64,000 nt of DNA, from contig JBMNOF010000002.1 of the NCBI GenBank assembly GCA_050942925.1, forward strand, positions 50,483 to 114,482. The letters run 5' to 3'. The stretch's first letter is position 1. Each line of letters begins with the position of its first letter. This document shows positions 16,547 through 25,382 of this stretch, piece after piece. The position numbers were made by a program, and so were the translations under genes. This DNA is from Candidatus Spyradocola sp. (GTDB lineage Bacteria > Bacillota > Clostridia > Christensenellales > UBA1750). The notes beneath the pieces were generated by a model. It searched no databases, was not told where the DNA came from, and saw only the letters and a program-made list of their open reading frames with translations.

Positions 16547-17942
16547 GGCGTAGACCCTCCCCGTCGTCCCCATAGGCGCGGATGGCGGAAAGCGCCGGAA
16601 CCCCGCGCGAGGCCGTGACCAGCAGGCGCAGCTTGCGCATGCTTCCCGCGGAGTCATCCGTCAGCGGGTTTTGCAGGGCAAAGGGGTTTTCCAGCCGACA
16701 GAGCCGGCGGTTGCCGACGGTCGAACCCTGGTAGAGCGGGAAGTGCGTGCCGCCGCTCTCCTCGCAAACGATCTTGAAGCTCTCCACGCGCTGGCCGCAG
16801 GAGAGGTCCTCCGAAAGCTCGAGCGTCCGCACCGGCGGCGTTCCCTCCGGGAAGGTGAGCTCCCACTCGCCCTGCCAGCGGTCGCCCGCGTCCACGCGGC
16901 GGACGCGCAGCGGCAGCGGGTCGCCGAACGCCCGGCGCAGCGCCTGCCCCAACTCCCGCAAGCGGCGCACGTCGCGCTCGTCGATGCGGCCCTCCCGGTT
17001 GGGCGGCACGTTGAGGTTCAACCCCGCGTTTGCACCCACGCTCGTGACATAGGTGCGGAAGAGGCGGTCCAGACTGTGCGGTTCCTCGCTTTCGTGAAAG
17101 AACCACCCCGGGCGGATGGACATGTCAAACTCGCAGGGGCAGAAGGCCAGCCCGCGGGAGTAAAAGATCTCCGGCTGTGTGCCGATGAAGGCGTCCGTGT
17201 TGTAGAGTGCGGAAAGATCGCCTTGGTCCGCCAAGGGACCGGGTCCGGTCTGCACCGCCGCGTACGGGCAGAGCTCCGTGGGCACGACCGCCCATTCCGC
17301 CTGGCGAGGCGCGCCCGCTTCGTTCCCGCACCAGCGCACGTCCGGGCCGTAGTCGTTGAAGATGACGGCGTTCGGCTGGTACTTGCGGATGAGGGAGATG
17401 TAGCGCGGAAAGTCGTAGACCTGGCGCTTCCCGGTCGGCCCCTCGCCGCAGGCGTTGTCAAACCACACGCAGAAGATCTCTCCATAGCCCGTCAGAAGCT
17501 CGGTCAGTTGGTTGCAGAAGTAGTCGTTGTAGGCGGGCGTGCCGTAGAGCGGGGAGTTGCGGTCCCAGGGCGAGAGGTAAAACCCGAAGGGAATGCCGGC
17601 GCGGGCGCAGGCCTCGGCCGCAAGCTTGACCACATCCCCCTCGAACAGGCTGTTCTTGACGCTGTGCTCCGTGTACTTGGAGGGCCAGAGGCAGAAACCG
17701 TCGTGGTGCTTGGCCGTGAGGATCAGGCCCTTCATCCCGGCGGACTGGATCGCCGCAACCCACTGGTCGCAGTCCAGGCGCGTAGGATTGAAGAGGGATT
17801 CGTCCTCCGTTCCGTCGCCCCATTCCCGGTCGGTAAAGGTGTTCATGCCAAAGTGAACGAAGGCGTAGAACCCCACGTCGAACCAGCGCCTCTGCCGCGC
17901 GGAAGGAACCACGCGCGCGGCGTCCAGAAGGAATTTATCCAT
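16530..17942 (-). CDS. alpha-L-fucosidase (GH29)
   Basis: 470-aa ORF. FVHFGMNTF, TAKHHDGFCLWPS and WFDNACGEG are typical GH29 motifs. RBS is GAGGAGG. Confidence 0.85.
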   Translation of the reverse strand: MDKFLLDAARVVPSARQRRWFDVGFYAFVHFGMNTFTDREWGDGTEDESLFNPTRLDCDQWVAAIQSAGMKGLILTAKHHDGFCLWPSKYTEHSVKNSLFEGDVVKLAAEACARAGIPFGFYLSPWDRNSPLYGTPAYNDYFCNQLTELLTGYGEIFCVWFDNACGEGPTGKRQVYDFPRYISLIRKYQPNAVIFNDYGPDVRWCGNEAGAPRQAEWAVVPTELCPYAAVQTGPGPLADQGDLSALYNTDAFIGTQPEIFYSRGLAFCPCEFDMSIRPGWFFHESEEPHSLDRLFRTYVTSVGANAGLNLNVPPNREGRIDERDVRRLRELGQALRRAFGDPLPLRVRRVDAGDRWQGEWELTFPEGTPPVRTLELSEDLSCGQRVESFKIVCEESGGTHFPLYQGSTVGNRRLCRLENPFALQNPLTDDSAGSMRKLRLLVTASRGVPALSAIRAYGDDGEGLRHGLSR

Positions 17943-17959
17943 AAAAGTCGGATACCTCC

Positions 17960-18637
17960 TCAGTTGAGATAGGCGCGCAGGGCCTCGCGTCCAGGGCCGT
18001 AGGCGGCGCGCGCCTCGGAGAGCAGACTTGCGTAGAAGTCCTGCGCCGCGCGCCGGCGCCCGGCGGCGACCTCTGCGGCGTAGGCGGTGAAGAAGCGGTC
18101 GTAGACCTTTTCGAGCTTGAAGCGGTACTCCTGGAAGAAGGAGGGCGGCGCATCGCCCGATCCGTCGCAGACGTCGCCCTCGGGCGTGCAGGTGTAGAGC
18201 GTCTCCCCCACGAGCGCCCGGTAGAGGAGCGTGCGCGCAACCCCCATGGCGCCGGTGGCGTCAAGCTTGTCTGCGTCAAAGAGGATCTTGGCCTCCGGGC
18301 TCGTGGGCGGCGCGTCGGAGCGGTAGCGGTGCGTGCGGATGCAGGCGGCGACGCGCTGGGCGAAGTCCTCGCCCCAGCCCTCGTCCCGAAGAAAGCGCAG
18401 GGCCTTTTCTGCGCCGACCTGCGCGTGGTCGGCCTCGGGATCGCGGATCTGCTCCGCGCGGCCCACGTCGTGCAGCAGGCACGCGGCGATGAGCACGTCT
18501 GCGTCTACGCCGGGCTCGTGCGCGGCGATGTCCAGGGCGGTGTAGAGCACGCGGTAGACGTGTTCGCGGTCGTGAGCGCTGTCGTTCATCTGGGTGTGCA
18601 TGTAGGCCTCCAGCCGGTCATAGGCGGCGCGATCCAT
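17960..18637 (-). CDS. HD domain phosphohydrolase
   Basis: 225-aa ORF with the H...HD...D pattern (DREHVYRV, ACLLHDVGR, FDADKLD). RBS is AAGGGAGG. Confidence 0.8.
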   Translation of the reverse strand: MDRAAYDRLEAYMHTQMNDSAHDREHVYRVLYTALDIAAHEPGVDADVLIAACLLHDVGRAEQIRDPEADHAQVGAEKALRFLRDEGWGEDFAQRVAACIRTHRYRSDAPPTSPEAKILFDADKLDATGAMGVARTLLYRALVGETLYTCTPEGDVCDGSGDAPPSFFQEYRFKLEKVYDRFFTAYAAEVAAGRRRAAQDFYASLLSEARAAYGPGREALRAYLN

Positions 18638-18771
18638 TGGCAGTCCTCCCTTTTTCTGGTGAATTTCATTATAGCACGGCGGACGCGCGGAAGGGAAGAA
18701 GTTTTGCTTGTGCGCGGGAACGCGGGGCCGTATAATGTAGGCAATAAGGCGAAAAAAACGGAGGATGGCAG

Positions 18772-19710
18772 ATGGAAACCGAAAAGATCCTGCAGAACAT
18801 TCGGGAGGTCGTGTCTCGCGCGGTGGTGGGCAAGGGAGAGGCCGTGGATCTGATCCTGGCCGCGCTGCTGGCAGGCGGACACGTGCTGATCGAGGACGTG
18901 CCGGGCGTTGGAAAGACCACCCTTGTGCGGGCGCTCGCCGCGGCGCTGGGCCTTTCCTTCCGGCGGATTCAGTTTACGCCCGATCTCACACCTTCCGACG
19001 TCACGGGCTTTACCCTGGTGGATTTGCGCACGGGCGAAACCCGCCGCGTCGAAGGAGCAGTCATGCGCCAGCTCATCCTGGCGGACGAGATCAACCGCAC
19101 CGGTCCCAAGACGCAGTCCGCCCTCCTGGAGGTCATGCAGGAGGGACAGGTCACCGTGGACGGCGTGAGCGAGCGCGTGCCGCAGCCCTTCCTCGTGCTG
19201 GCGACGCAGAATCCCCTGGGCCTTGCGGGAACCTACCCCCTGCCGGAGGCGCAGCTCGACCGCTTCCTGCTCTGCGTCCACATGGGCTACCCAGAGCCGG
19301 GCGAGGAGGTGCGGATTCTGGACCTTGCCAGCCGCGGCACACGCCTGGAGGACCTGCCCGCCGTGACTGGGCCGGAGGAGATCCTCGAACTGCAGGCGCG
19401 CTGCCGGGAGGTCCGGTGCGCGGAGGCGGTCAAGCAGTATATCGTCCGCATCGCCGAGGAAACGCGCCGCGACCGCAGCGTCAGCCTGGGAGCCTCGCCG
19501 CGCGCCTCGCTCATGCTGCTCCAGGCCTCCATGGCGTGGGCCCTGCTCCATGGCCGCGATTACGTCCTCCCGGACGACGTGCAGCACCTGGCCGTGCCGG
19601 TGTTGGCGCACCGCCTCCGCCTCAAGGCGCAGGCCGGCTACCAGCAGAAGAGCGCGGAGGACGTCGTGCGCGCCATCGTGGGCAGCCTGCGGGTGCCCAC
19701 CGGGCTGTGA
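18772..19710 (+). CDS. MoxR-like AAA+ ATPase
   Basis: 312-aa ORF. It has Walker A (DVPGVGKTT), Walker B (LILADEINR) and the ATQNP motif. RBS is CGGAGGA. Confidence 0.9.
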   Translation: METEKILQNIREVVSRAVVGKGEAVDLILAALLAGGHVLIEDVPGVGKTTLVRALAAALGLSFRRIQFTPDLTPSDVTGFTLVDLRTGETRRVEGAVMRQLILADEINRTGPKTQSALLEVMQEGQVTVDGVSERVPQPFLVLATQNPLGLAGTYPLPEAQLDRFLLCVHMGYPEPGEEVRILDLASRGTRLEDLPAVTGPEEILELQARCREVRCAEAVKQYIVRIAEETRRDRSVSLGASPRASLMLLQASMAWALLHGRDYVLPDDVQHLAVPVLAHRLRLKAQAGYQQKSAEDVVRAIVGSLRVPTGL

Positions 19711-20858
19711 GGGCTGTGCGCGCGGGCTGGTTTGCGGTGCTGGGGCTGTCCCTCTTGGGAGGCCTGGCCAGCGGCCTGCGCGAGTACTACCTCGTGTTCT
19801 TCTCCATGCTGTTCCTGACGCTCTGCTGCGCGGCGATGACGCTGTGGACCTATGTGTCCTTTTCCTATCTGCAAAAGGCCGAGCGCGAGGTCGCCGTCCG
19901 CGGCGAGACGGCCGCGCTGCGCATCGGGATCTACAACGACAAGCTCTATCCCTTCACCCGCATGCGCATCGAGGTTGCCTGCGCGGACCCGGCCCAGGAG
20001 ATCCGCTTGGCGCTGGACCTCGCGCCCCGGCGGGACAAACAGTTCGACCTCACGCTGCGCCTGCCCTATCGGGGCGTGTACCAGGTGGGGATGACGAAAC
20101 TGCGCGTCTGCGACTGCTTCGGCCTTTTGCCCATGCGCTTTGATTTGCGCAACCTCGCCTATTACCGCCTGGTGGAGCTGACGGTCCTGCCCGCGTTTGC
20201 GGTCCTTCCGCCGCCCAAGCAGGCGTCCTTTGATGCGGCGGCGTTTGCGCGCGGGGGCGTTGCGGACGCGGGGGACAGTTTCTCCATGGTCCGGCCCTAT
20301 GCGCCGGGGGACCCGCTCAAGACCGTGCACTGGAAGCTCAGCGCGCGCCGGGGCGAGGCGCTGGTCCGACAGTACGACGTGCCGGAGGAGCAGACCTGCT
20401 GCATCGTCGTGGACGCGCGCCCCTTGCCCGGCGCGCAGGGCGAGGACGCCCTGCGCTATGCGGACACGGCCGCCTCCTGCGCGCTGTCCCTGACGGACCA
20501 GGCGCTGCGCGCGGGGCATCCGATCCGCCTCACGGACGGCCGCCAGGAGCTGATCGCCGCGACGGAGCGCGAGTTTGAGGAGGCGCGCTTCTTCCTCGCG
20601 CGGCTCCGCTTTGACGCGGAGGATTCGCCCGAAGGCGCGCTCGCCGCCCTGGCCCGGGCGGGCGCCTCCGGCCTCCTGTACGTGGTTTCCGGCCTGGCGG
20701 GCGCGGAAATCCAGCCGGCCATGCAGGCCGTTTCCCCGGGAAGCAGCGCCCTCATCTACCTGGGCGAGCGCGCGCCGGAGGGATTCACCCTGCCCTGCTA
20801 TGCCGTGCGCACCGCGCCGGACCTGGCCGCGGCCATGGGAGGAGGGGCACAAGGATGA
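19707..20858 (+). CDS. DUF58 domain protein (MoxR partner)
   Basis: This is the 3' part of ORF 18765-20858. The GTG at 19707 overlaps the moxR stop (GTGA). It has two N-terminal TM helices and VRPYAPGDPLKTVHWKLSARR, the DUF58 signature. Confidence 0.8.
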   Translation: MRAVRAGWFAVLGLSLLGGLASGLREYYLVFFSMLFLTLCCAAMTLWTYVSFSYLQKAEREVAVRGETAALRIGIYNDKLYPFTRMRIEVACADPAQEIRLALDLAPRRDKQFDLTLRLPYRGVYQVGMTKLRVCDCFGLLPMRFDLRNLAYYRLVELTVLPAFAVLPPPKQASFDAAAFARGGVADAGDSFSMVRPYAPGDPLKTVHWKLSARRGEALVRQYDVPEEQTCCIVVDARPLPGAQGEDALRYADTAASCALSLTDQALRAGHPIRLTDGRQELIAATEREFEEARFFLARLRFDAEDSPEGALAALARAGASGLLYVVSGLAGAEIQPAMQAVSPGSSALIYLGERAPEGFTLPCYAVRTAPDLAAAMGGGAQG

Positions 20859-23122
20859 AGACTCCCCTCCGCTTTGATCCCACAATCCTCTTGGATGCGC
20901 TCACGGCTGCGCTGCTGGCCGCCGGCGGCATCTGCCTGGCGCTCTTCCTTGCCGGGCAGGCGCAGGGCCTGCCCCTGTGCCTGGCGATGGCCGCCGCGCA
21001 GGCGCTCCTGTGCCTGCTGGTCGGCCGCCGGTGGTGGGTGGCGCCCGCGCTGCTCCTGCTGGCGGGCGCTGGGCTTGGCGTTTGGACGCTGCGCGCCGGC
21101 TGGGAGAGCGTGCGCGAGGCGCTCCTCCAGGCCGGAAGCTGGGTGGCGTCCGGCATGCCTGCGGGCACGGAACAGGAGATTTGGCGCCTGCCCGTGCTCG
21201 GCTTGTGCACATTGCCCATCTCCCTGGCCTTCTATGCCCTGGCGCGGCGATGGCTGCCCGCGGCGCTCCCCGCGCTCTACGCCTTGGCGTTGGGCGTGGC
21301 CGCATACTTGGCCGGATTGCCGGATTCCGAAGGCGTGTTGCTGTGCGGCCTTGCAGGGACCATGCTCTGCCTGCCGCGCGCCCTGTCCAGCCTGGGGCGA
21401 GACGGCCTGCCCCGGCGCTATGGGCAGGCGCTCGCGCTGCCGCTTGCGGCGGTTTGCCTAGCGGGGGCCTATTTCTTCGTTCCCAAGGAGGACGGCGTCT
21501 GGCGTTCGGAATCCGTGCGCGCGATGTTCTCCGACGTGGAGGACCTCTACGCCTACTACATCGGCGGATCGGCGGGAAGCTCTGCCCGCGGCCGCGCCGA
21601 ACTCAATCCCTTGGGCACGCGCCTGGGCGGTGACCTGCACCGCACAAAGGAGATCGTGCTGCGCGTTCGGTCGGACAATCCCTTCCCCGTCCTTGCCGGC
21701 GCAATCGAGGATACCTACAACGGGAGCCAGTGGTACCAGGGCTGGCGCAACGGCCGGTTCCGCTTCGACAGCCTGCTCTGGCGCGGGCGGCGCGCGTCCG
21801 TCTACCTGGATGGGCTCCCCTTGGGCGGAAGAGAGGGGATCGAGCTCTATGCGCGCATGACGCGCGAGGCCGAGATGGAGGTCACGGTGCTTCGGTCGGA
21901 TATCAGCCTGTTCTCCTCCGGCAGCCCTTCGGGCATTCGCTTGAACAGCGATGCGCGCGTCCTGCCCTATTTCAACCTCTCGGGCGAACTCTTCACCGAC
22001 ACTTGGTATCCGCGCCGATTTTCCTATTACGTCACCAGCACCCAGTTCTGCCGGGAGATGGCGGACTTTGACGAGAACATGGCGCGCCTTTTGTCCCTGA
22101 CGCAGGCGCAGGAGGACCCCTATGAGGAGGAAGTCCGCGCGCGGTATACGTATCTTCCCGATACCCTGCCGCAGAGCGTCTTTGCTCTCGCCCAGGAGAT
22201 CGTGCAGGGCAGCGCCAACGACTATGAGGCCATGTGCCGCATCGAGACCTGGCTCCGGGAGAATTGCACCTATACAGAGACGCCGGGCGATCCGCCCGAG
22301 GGCGTGGACTTTGTCGCCCACTTCCTGGAGACAAGGGAAGGGTATTGCACCTATTACGCTTCGGCCATGGCGGTCCTGGCCCGCTGCTGCGGCCTGCCCT
22401 CGCGCTACCTGACGGGATATGGCCTGGCCCGCGACGGCGAGAGCTCGGTCTACTACGTGGCGCGCGGCACCTCCGCGCATGCCTGGACCGAGATCTACTT
22501 CCACGGCGTTGGCTGGGTGCCCTTCGATCCGCTGGCCTGGAGCGTCGAAACCCCGGACGAGGAGCCGGAGATCCAGTACATCGGCCCGTCTGTGTCGCCC
22601 ACGCCCACGCCCGCCGCCGCGCAAACCAGCCCGGCCGCCCCCACGCCGCAGCCGGAGGAAGAATCGGCGCCGCAAGTGGACGCCTCGGGATTGGTGCGGG
22701 TGGTCCTGCGCGCGCTGGGCGTTGTCCTGGCCGTGTTGCTGCTTCGGCTGGCGGTGCGCTTCCTCCTGGGGCGAAAGGTTCGCGCCTTCCGCCTGGAGCG
22801 CTTGGAGAGAAAGCTCGGCCGAAGCGGAGCGGGACGGGCGCTGTGCGCGGACCTGGAGCGGCAGTTGACGCTGTATTTCCTCGATCGCCAGCCCGGGGAG
22901 ACGCTCGCGGCGTGGGCGCTGCGCGTGGACAGAAGCCTTCCCCTCGGCGAGGAAATCCCCACCTGTGCGCAGGCCGTCGCCGTGTGCGAGCGCCTGCTCT
23001 ATGCGGAGTGCACGCCGAGCCGCGAGGACCTCGAGGTCCTGTGGACCTATCACGACGCGGTGGAGCGCGCCCTGCGCAGCGCCCTTGGGCGAAGCTATCT
23101 GTGGCGGCGCGCCCTGCGCTGA
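20855..23122 (+). CDS. transglutaminase-like membrane protein
   Basis: 755-aa ORF with an ATGA overlap. It has multiple N-terminal TM helices, a Cys-His-Asp core (REGYCTYYASAMAVLARCCGLPSRY ... HAWTEIYFHGVGWVPFDP), a Pro/Thr-rich linker, and a further TM segment with a C-terminal helical domain. Confidence 0.8.
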   Translation: MKTPLRFDPTILLDALTAALLAAGGICLALFLAGQAQGLPLCLAMAAAQALLCLLVGRRWWVAPALLLLAGAGLGVWTLRAGWESVREALLQAGSWVASGMPAGTEQEIWRLPVLGLCTLPISLAFYALARRWLPAALPALYALALGVAAYLAGLPDSEGVLLCGLAGTMLCLPRALSSLGRDGLPRRYGQALALPLAAVCLAGAYFFVPKEDGVWRSESVRAMFSDVEDLYAYYIGGSAGSSARGRAELNPLGTRLGGDLHRTKEIVLRVRSDNPFPVLAGAIEDTYNGSQWYQGWRNGRFRFDSLLWRGRRASVYLDGLPLGGREGIELYARMTREAEMEVTVLRSDISLFSSGSPSGIRLNSDARVLPYFNLSGELFTDTWYPRRFSYYVTSTQFCREMADFDENMARLLSLTQAQEDPYEEEVRARYTYLPDTLPQSVFALAQEIVQGSANDYEAMCRIETWLRENCTYTETPGDPPEGVDFVAHFLETREGYCTYYASAMAVLARCCGLPSRYLTGYGLARDGESSVYYVARGTSAHAWTEIYFHGVGWVPFDPLAWSVETPDEEPEIQYIGPSVSPTPTPAAAQTSPAAPTPQPEEESAPQVDASGLVRVVLRALGVVLAVLLLRLAVRFLLGRKVRAFRLERLERKLGRSGAGRALCADLERQLTLYFLDRQPGETLAAWALRVDRSLPLGEEIPTCAQAVAVCERLLYAECTPSREDLEVLWTYHDAVERALRSALGRSYLWRRALR

Positions 23123-23212
23123 GCGCAGAAACCACCCCCGCCGCCGCCTTGCGCCCGGCGGGATTTTCCCGTACAATAGAGAAAAGAACCGGAAACAAAG
23201 GAGGGCCCGAGG

Positions 23213-25159
23213 ATGGCTTGGTGGCTCAAGAACAACCTGTGCATGATCCAGAACAACCTGCGCGACATCGATGCCGGCATGGATGTGGACGCCTGGTTTG
23301 CGGAAATTGAAAAGTCGCACTGCAACTGCGTGATGGTGGGCGCAGGCGGCATCACTTCCTTCTACCCCACGAACCTCCCCTACCAGACGAGGAGCCCCTA
23401 CCTCAAGGGGGACCTGCTGGGCGACATCGTGCGCGTCTGCCATGCGCACAACGTCCGCGTCATCGCGAGATTCGACTTCTCCAAGACGCATGTGCGCCTC
23501 CTTGCGGAGCACCCGGAGTGGTATTACGTCTCGGAGGCGGGCGAGCACCTGCACTACAACGATACCGCCGCCACCTGCGTCTGCGGGGAGTATCAGCAGC
23601 GCCTCTCCATTGAGATTCTGCGCGAAGTGCTGGAAGCCTACCCGGTGGACGGCATCTTCTTCAACATGTTTGGGTTCCAAACCAAGGATTACTCCAACGT
23701 CGAGCACGGCATCTGCAACTGCCCGTCCTGCAAAAAGGCCTACCTGGACTATTGCGGCCGGGACCTCCCCCAGGGAGAGGATTGGAAGACGGACGAGACC
23801 TATGCCGCCTTTAAGGAGCAGGTGGTGGGCGACCTGCTGCTGCGCATCCGCCGCGCGGTCAAGGCGATCAATCCCGAAGTCGCCATCTGCACCTACCACC
23901 ACAAGGGCGTGGACATCATCCGCGAGGAGTCCAATTCCGCGGTGGACCGGCCGCTGCCCTTCTTCCTCTATTCCGCTTCGGATCATTGCCAAAGCGCCGT
24001 GGGGTCCTGGGGCGGGGAAAAGACCATGCTCAACTGCGCCATCAATGCCGTGGACATCTTCTACCGCTTTCAGGGCGTCTCGCCGGAGCTGACCAAGATT
24101 CGCCTCTATGAAAACATGGCCGCAGGCTCCCAGCTCGACTTCTGCATCATCGGCAATTTCGCGGACTACCCGGACCGCGCGGGCGTTGCGGCCATGCGCG
24201 AGGTCTTTGGGGTGCACGCCCGAAACGAGAGCGTCTACGGCGGATTCCAGTCCATGGCCCGTGCGCTCCTCTACCGCCCTCGAAAGGACGACCCCGAGTA
24301 TATCGGCTGGTTTACCCTCCTAAAGGAGGCGCACGTGCCCTTTGACGTGTTGGACCACCCCGCTGCCGTGGAACACCCGGAGCGCGCGGCGGGCTATGCC
24401 GTCCTTCTCGTTCCGGACCCGGCGCGCGCTCCCGCCGCCATGCTCCGCGCGGCAAGGGAGAGCGGAACCAAGCTCCTCTTTTCTGCCCTGGTGGACGGTG
24501 AGGCGACGGAGGCATTGCGCTTGCTCGGTGCCTCGCATCGGGAGACGATTCGCCATACCCGCGCCGCCTACCTTTCCACGGAGGATAAGGCGCAATTCCC
24601 TTCCTTCCCCGAGCGCGATTGGGTGATCCTGGATCGCGAGTTCGGCGTTTTTTCCGCGGCTCGGGGCGCGTTGCCCCTCGTGCGTCCGGCCATGTTTGGC
24701 CCGCCGGAGCGCTGTTTCGGACATCAGAAGGGCGAGGAGTGCGGTCTCCTTGCCAGTGCGGACGGCGCCTGCCAGGCGTTTTCCTTCCGCTTGGGCCGGT
24801 TCTATCACGATTACGGCTACGCGGACCATCGCCTGCTGGCCGTGGACGCCTTGCGCGCCTTGGCGCCCGAGGCGTTCCTGCTGCAGACCAATGCGCCCAC
24901 ATGTGTCGAAATCTTTTGGCACGGCCTGCCGGATGGGCGGACCTTCCTGCAGCTGCTCAACCTCTCTGGGTTTAACGGCGTGACCGTGGAGCCCTGCATC
25001 CCTGTGCCGGATGTGGAGGTCGTTCTGCCATGCACCGTCACGCGCGTGCGCGCGCTGGAAGGCGCGCCCGAGCCGGAACTCCGCCCCGGCGCAGACGAAA
25101 CCACCGTGCTGCGCTTTGCACCGCTTGCGCGCTACCAGGCCTTCCTCCTGGACGCCTGA
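23213..25159 (+). CDS. putative glycoside hydrolase (GHL6 / GH42-like TIM barrel plus trimerisation-like domain)
   Basis: 648-aa ORF. The N-terminal WWLKNNLCMIQNNLRDID..., DGIFFNMFGF and the Cys cluster CNCPSC recall GHL6/GH42-type enzymes. The assignment is by motif memory only. RBS is AAAGGAGGG. Confidence 0.6.
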   Translation: MAWWLKNNLCMIQNNLRDIDAGMDVDAWFAEIEKSHCNCVMVGAGGITSFYPTNLPYQTRSPYLKGDLLGDIVRVCHAHNVRVIARFDFSKTHVRLLAEHPEWYYVSEAGEHLHYNDTAATCVCGEYQQRLSIEILREVLEAYPVDGIFFNMFGFQTKDYSNVEHGICNCPSCKKAYLDYCGRDLPQGEDWKTDETYAAFKEQVVGDLLLRIRRAVKAINPEVAICTYHHKGVDIIREESNSAVDRPLPFFLYSASDHCQSAVGSWGGEKTMLNCAINAVDIFYRFQGVSPELTKIRLYENMAAGSQLDFCIIGNFADYPDRAGVAAMREVFGVHARNESVYGGFQSMARALLYRPRKDDPEYIGWFTLLKEAHVPFDVLDHPAAVEHPERAAGYAVLLVPDPARAPAAMLRAARESGTKLLFSALVDGEATEALRLLGASHRETIRHTRAAYLSTEDKAQFPSFPERDWVILDREFGVFSAARGALPLVRPAMFGPPERCFGHQKGEECGLLASADGACQAFSFRLGRFYHDYGYADHRLLAVDALRALAPEAFLLQTNAPTCVEIFWHGLPDGRTFLQLLNLSGFNGVTVEPCIPVPDVEVVLPCTVTRVRALEGAPEPELRPGADETTVLRFAPLARYQAFLLDA

Positions 25160-25198
25160 TAGGCTTGGCGGAAGCGCTGCCCCCGGCCTCGCGCGGAA

Positions 25199-25291
25199 GG
25201 CGCCCCTGCGCGTCGGGCAAAGCCCGACCTTTTGCGGGCTTTGCCCGCAAAAGCCAATTTGGCCGTCGGCCAAATCGGGCGCAGGGGCGCC
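25199..25291. repeat. 93-nt cloverleaf-like nest of palindromes (13-bp closing stem enclosing three hairpins)
   Basis: GGCGCCCCTGCGC (25199-25211) pairs perfectly with GCGCAGGGGCGCC (25279-25291). Inside are three hairpins: 25213-18/25222-27, 25230-39/25243-52 and 25257-64/25268-75, each with a 3-nt loop. Confidence 0.85.
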
Positions 25292-25329
25292 CTGGGCGGT
25301 GGGCGCATGGCGCCGGCGCGGCGCCATGC

Positions 25330-25369
25330 AAAAAGGGACCTCGCAGAATGTACCATTCTGCGAGGTCCC
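25330..25369 (-). terminator. intrinsic terminator of the SGNH hydrolase gene
   Basis: 16-bp stem 25335-25350 / 25354-25369. The A5 run at 25330-25334 gives a U-tract on the minus-strand transcript. Confidence 0.75.
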
Positions 25370-25382
25370 CTGTACTTTTGGC

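Noticed and set aside
18765-19706. 5' two-fifths of the 697-aa plus-strand ORF 18765-20858
   Set aside because: This part overlaps moxR in another frame and translates to Arg/Gly/Pro-rich nonsense. Only the part from the GTG at 19707 (the DUF58 protein) is credible.
21458-24217. 919-aa minus-strand ORF
   Set aside because: It is antisense to the transglutaminase and GHL6-like genes and crosses their intergenic gap. Its composition is not protein-like (runs of R, G, A, H). It is a shadow ORF.
25199-25291. Cloverleaf-shaped element considered as a tRNA or tRNA-like gene
   Set aside because: All three hairpin loops are only 3 nt, so there is no 7-nt anticodon loop. There is no T-loop GTTCRA motif and no D-loop conserved bases. 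The closing stem is 13 bp rather than 7, and the length is 93 nt. It is not a tRNA. It is also not a CRISPR array, because there are no regularly spaced direct repeats.
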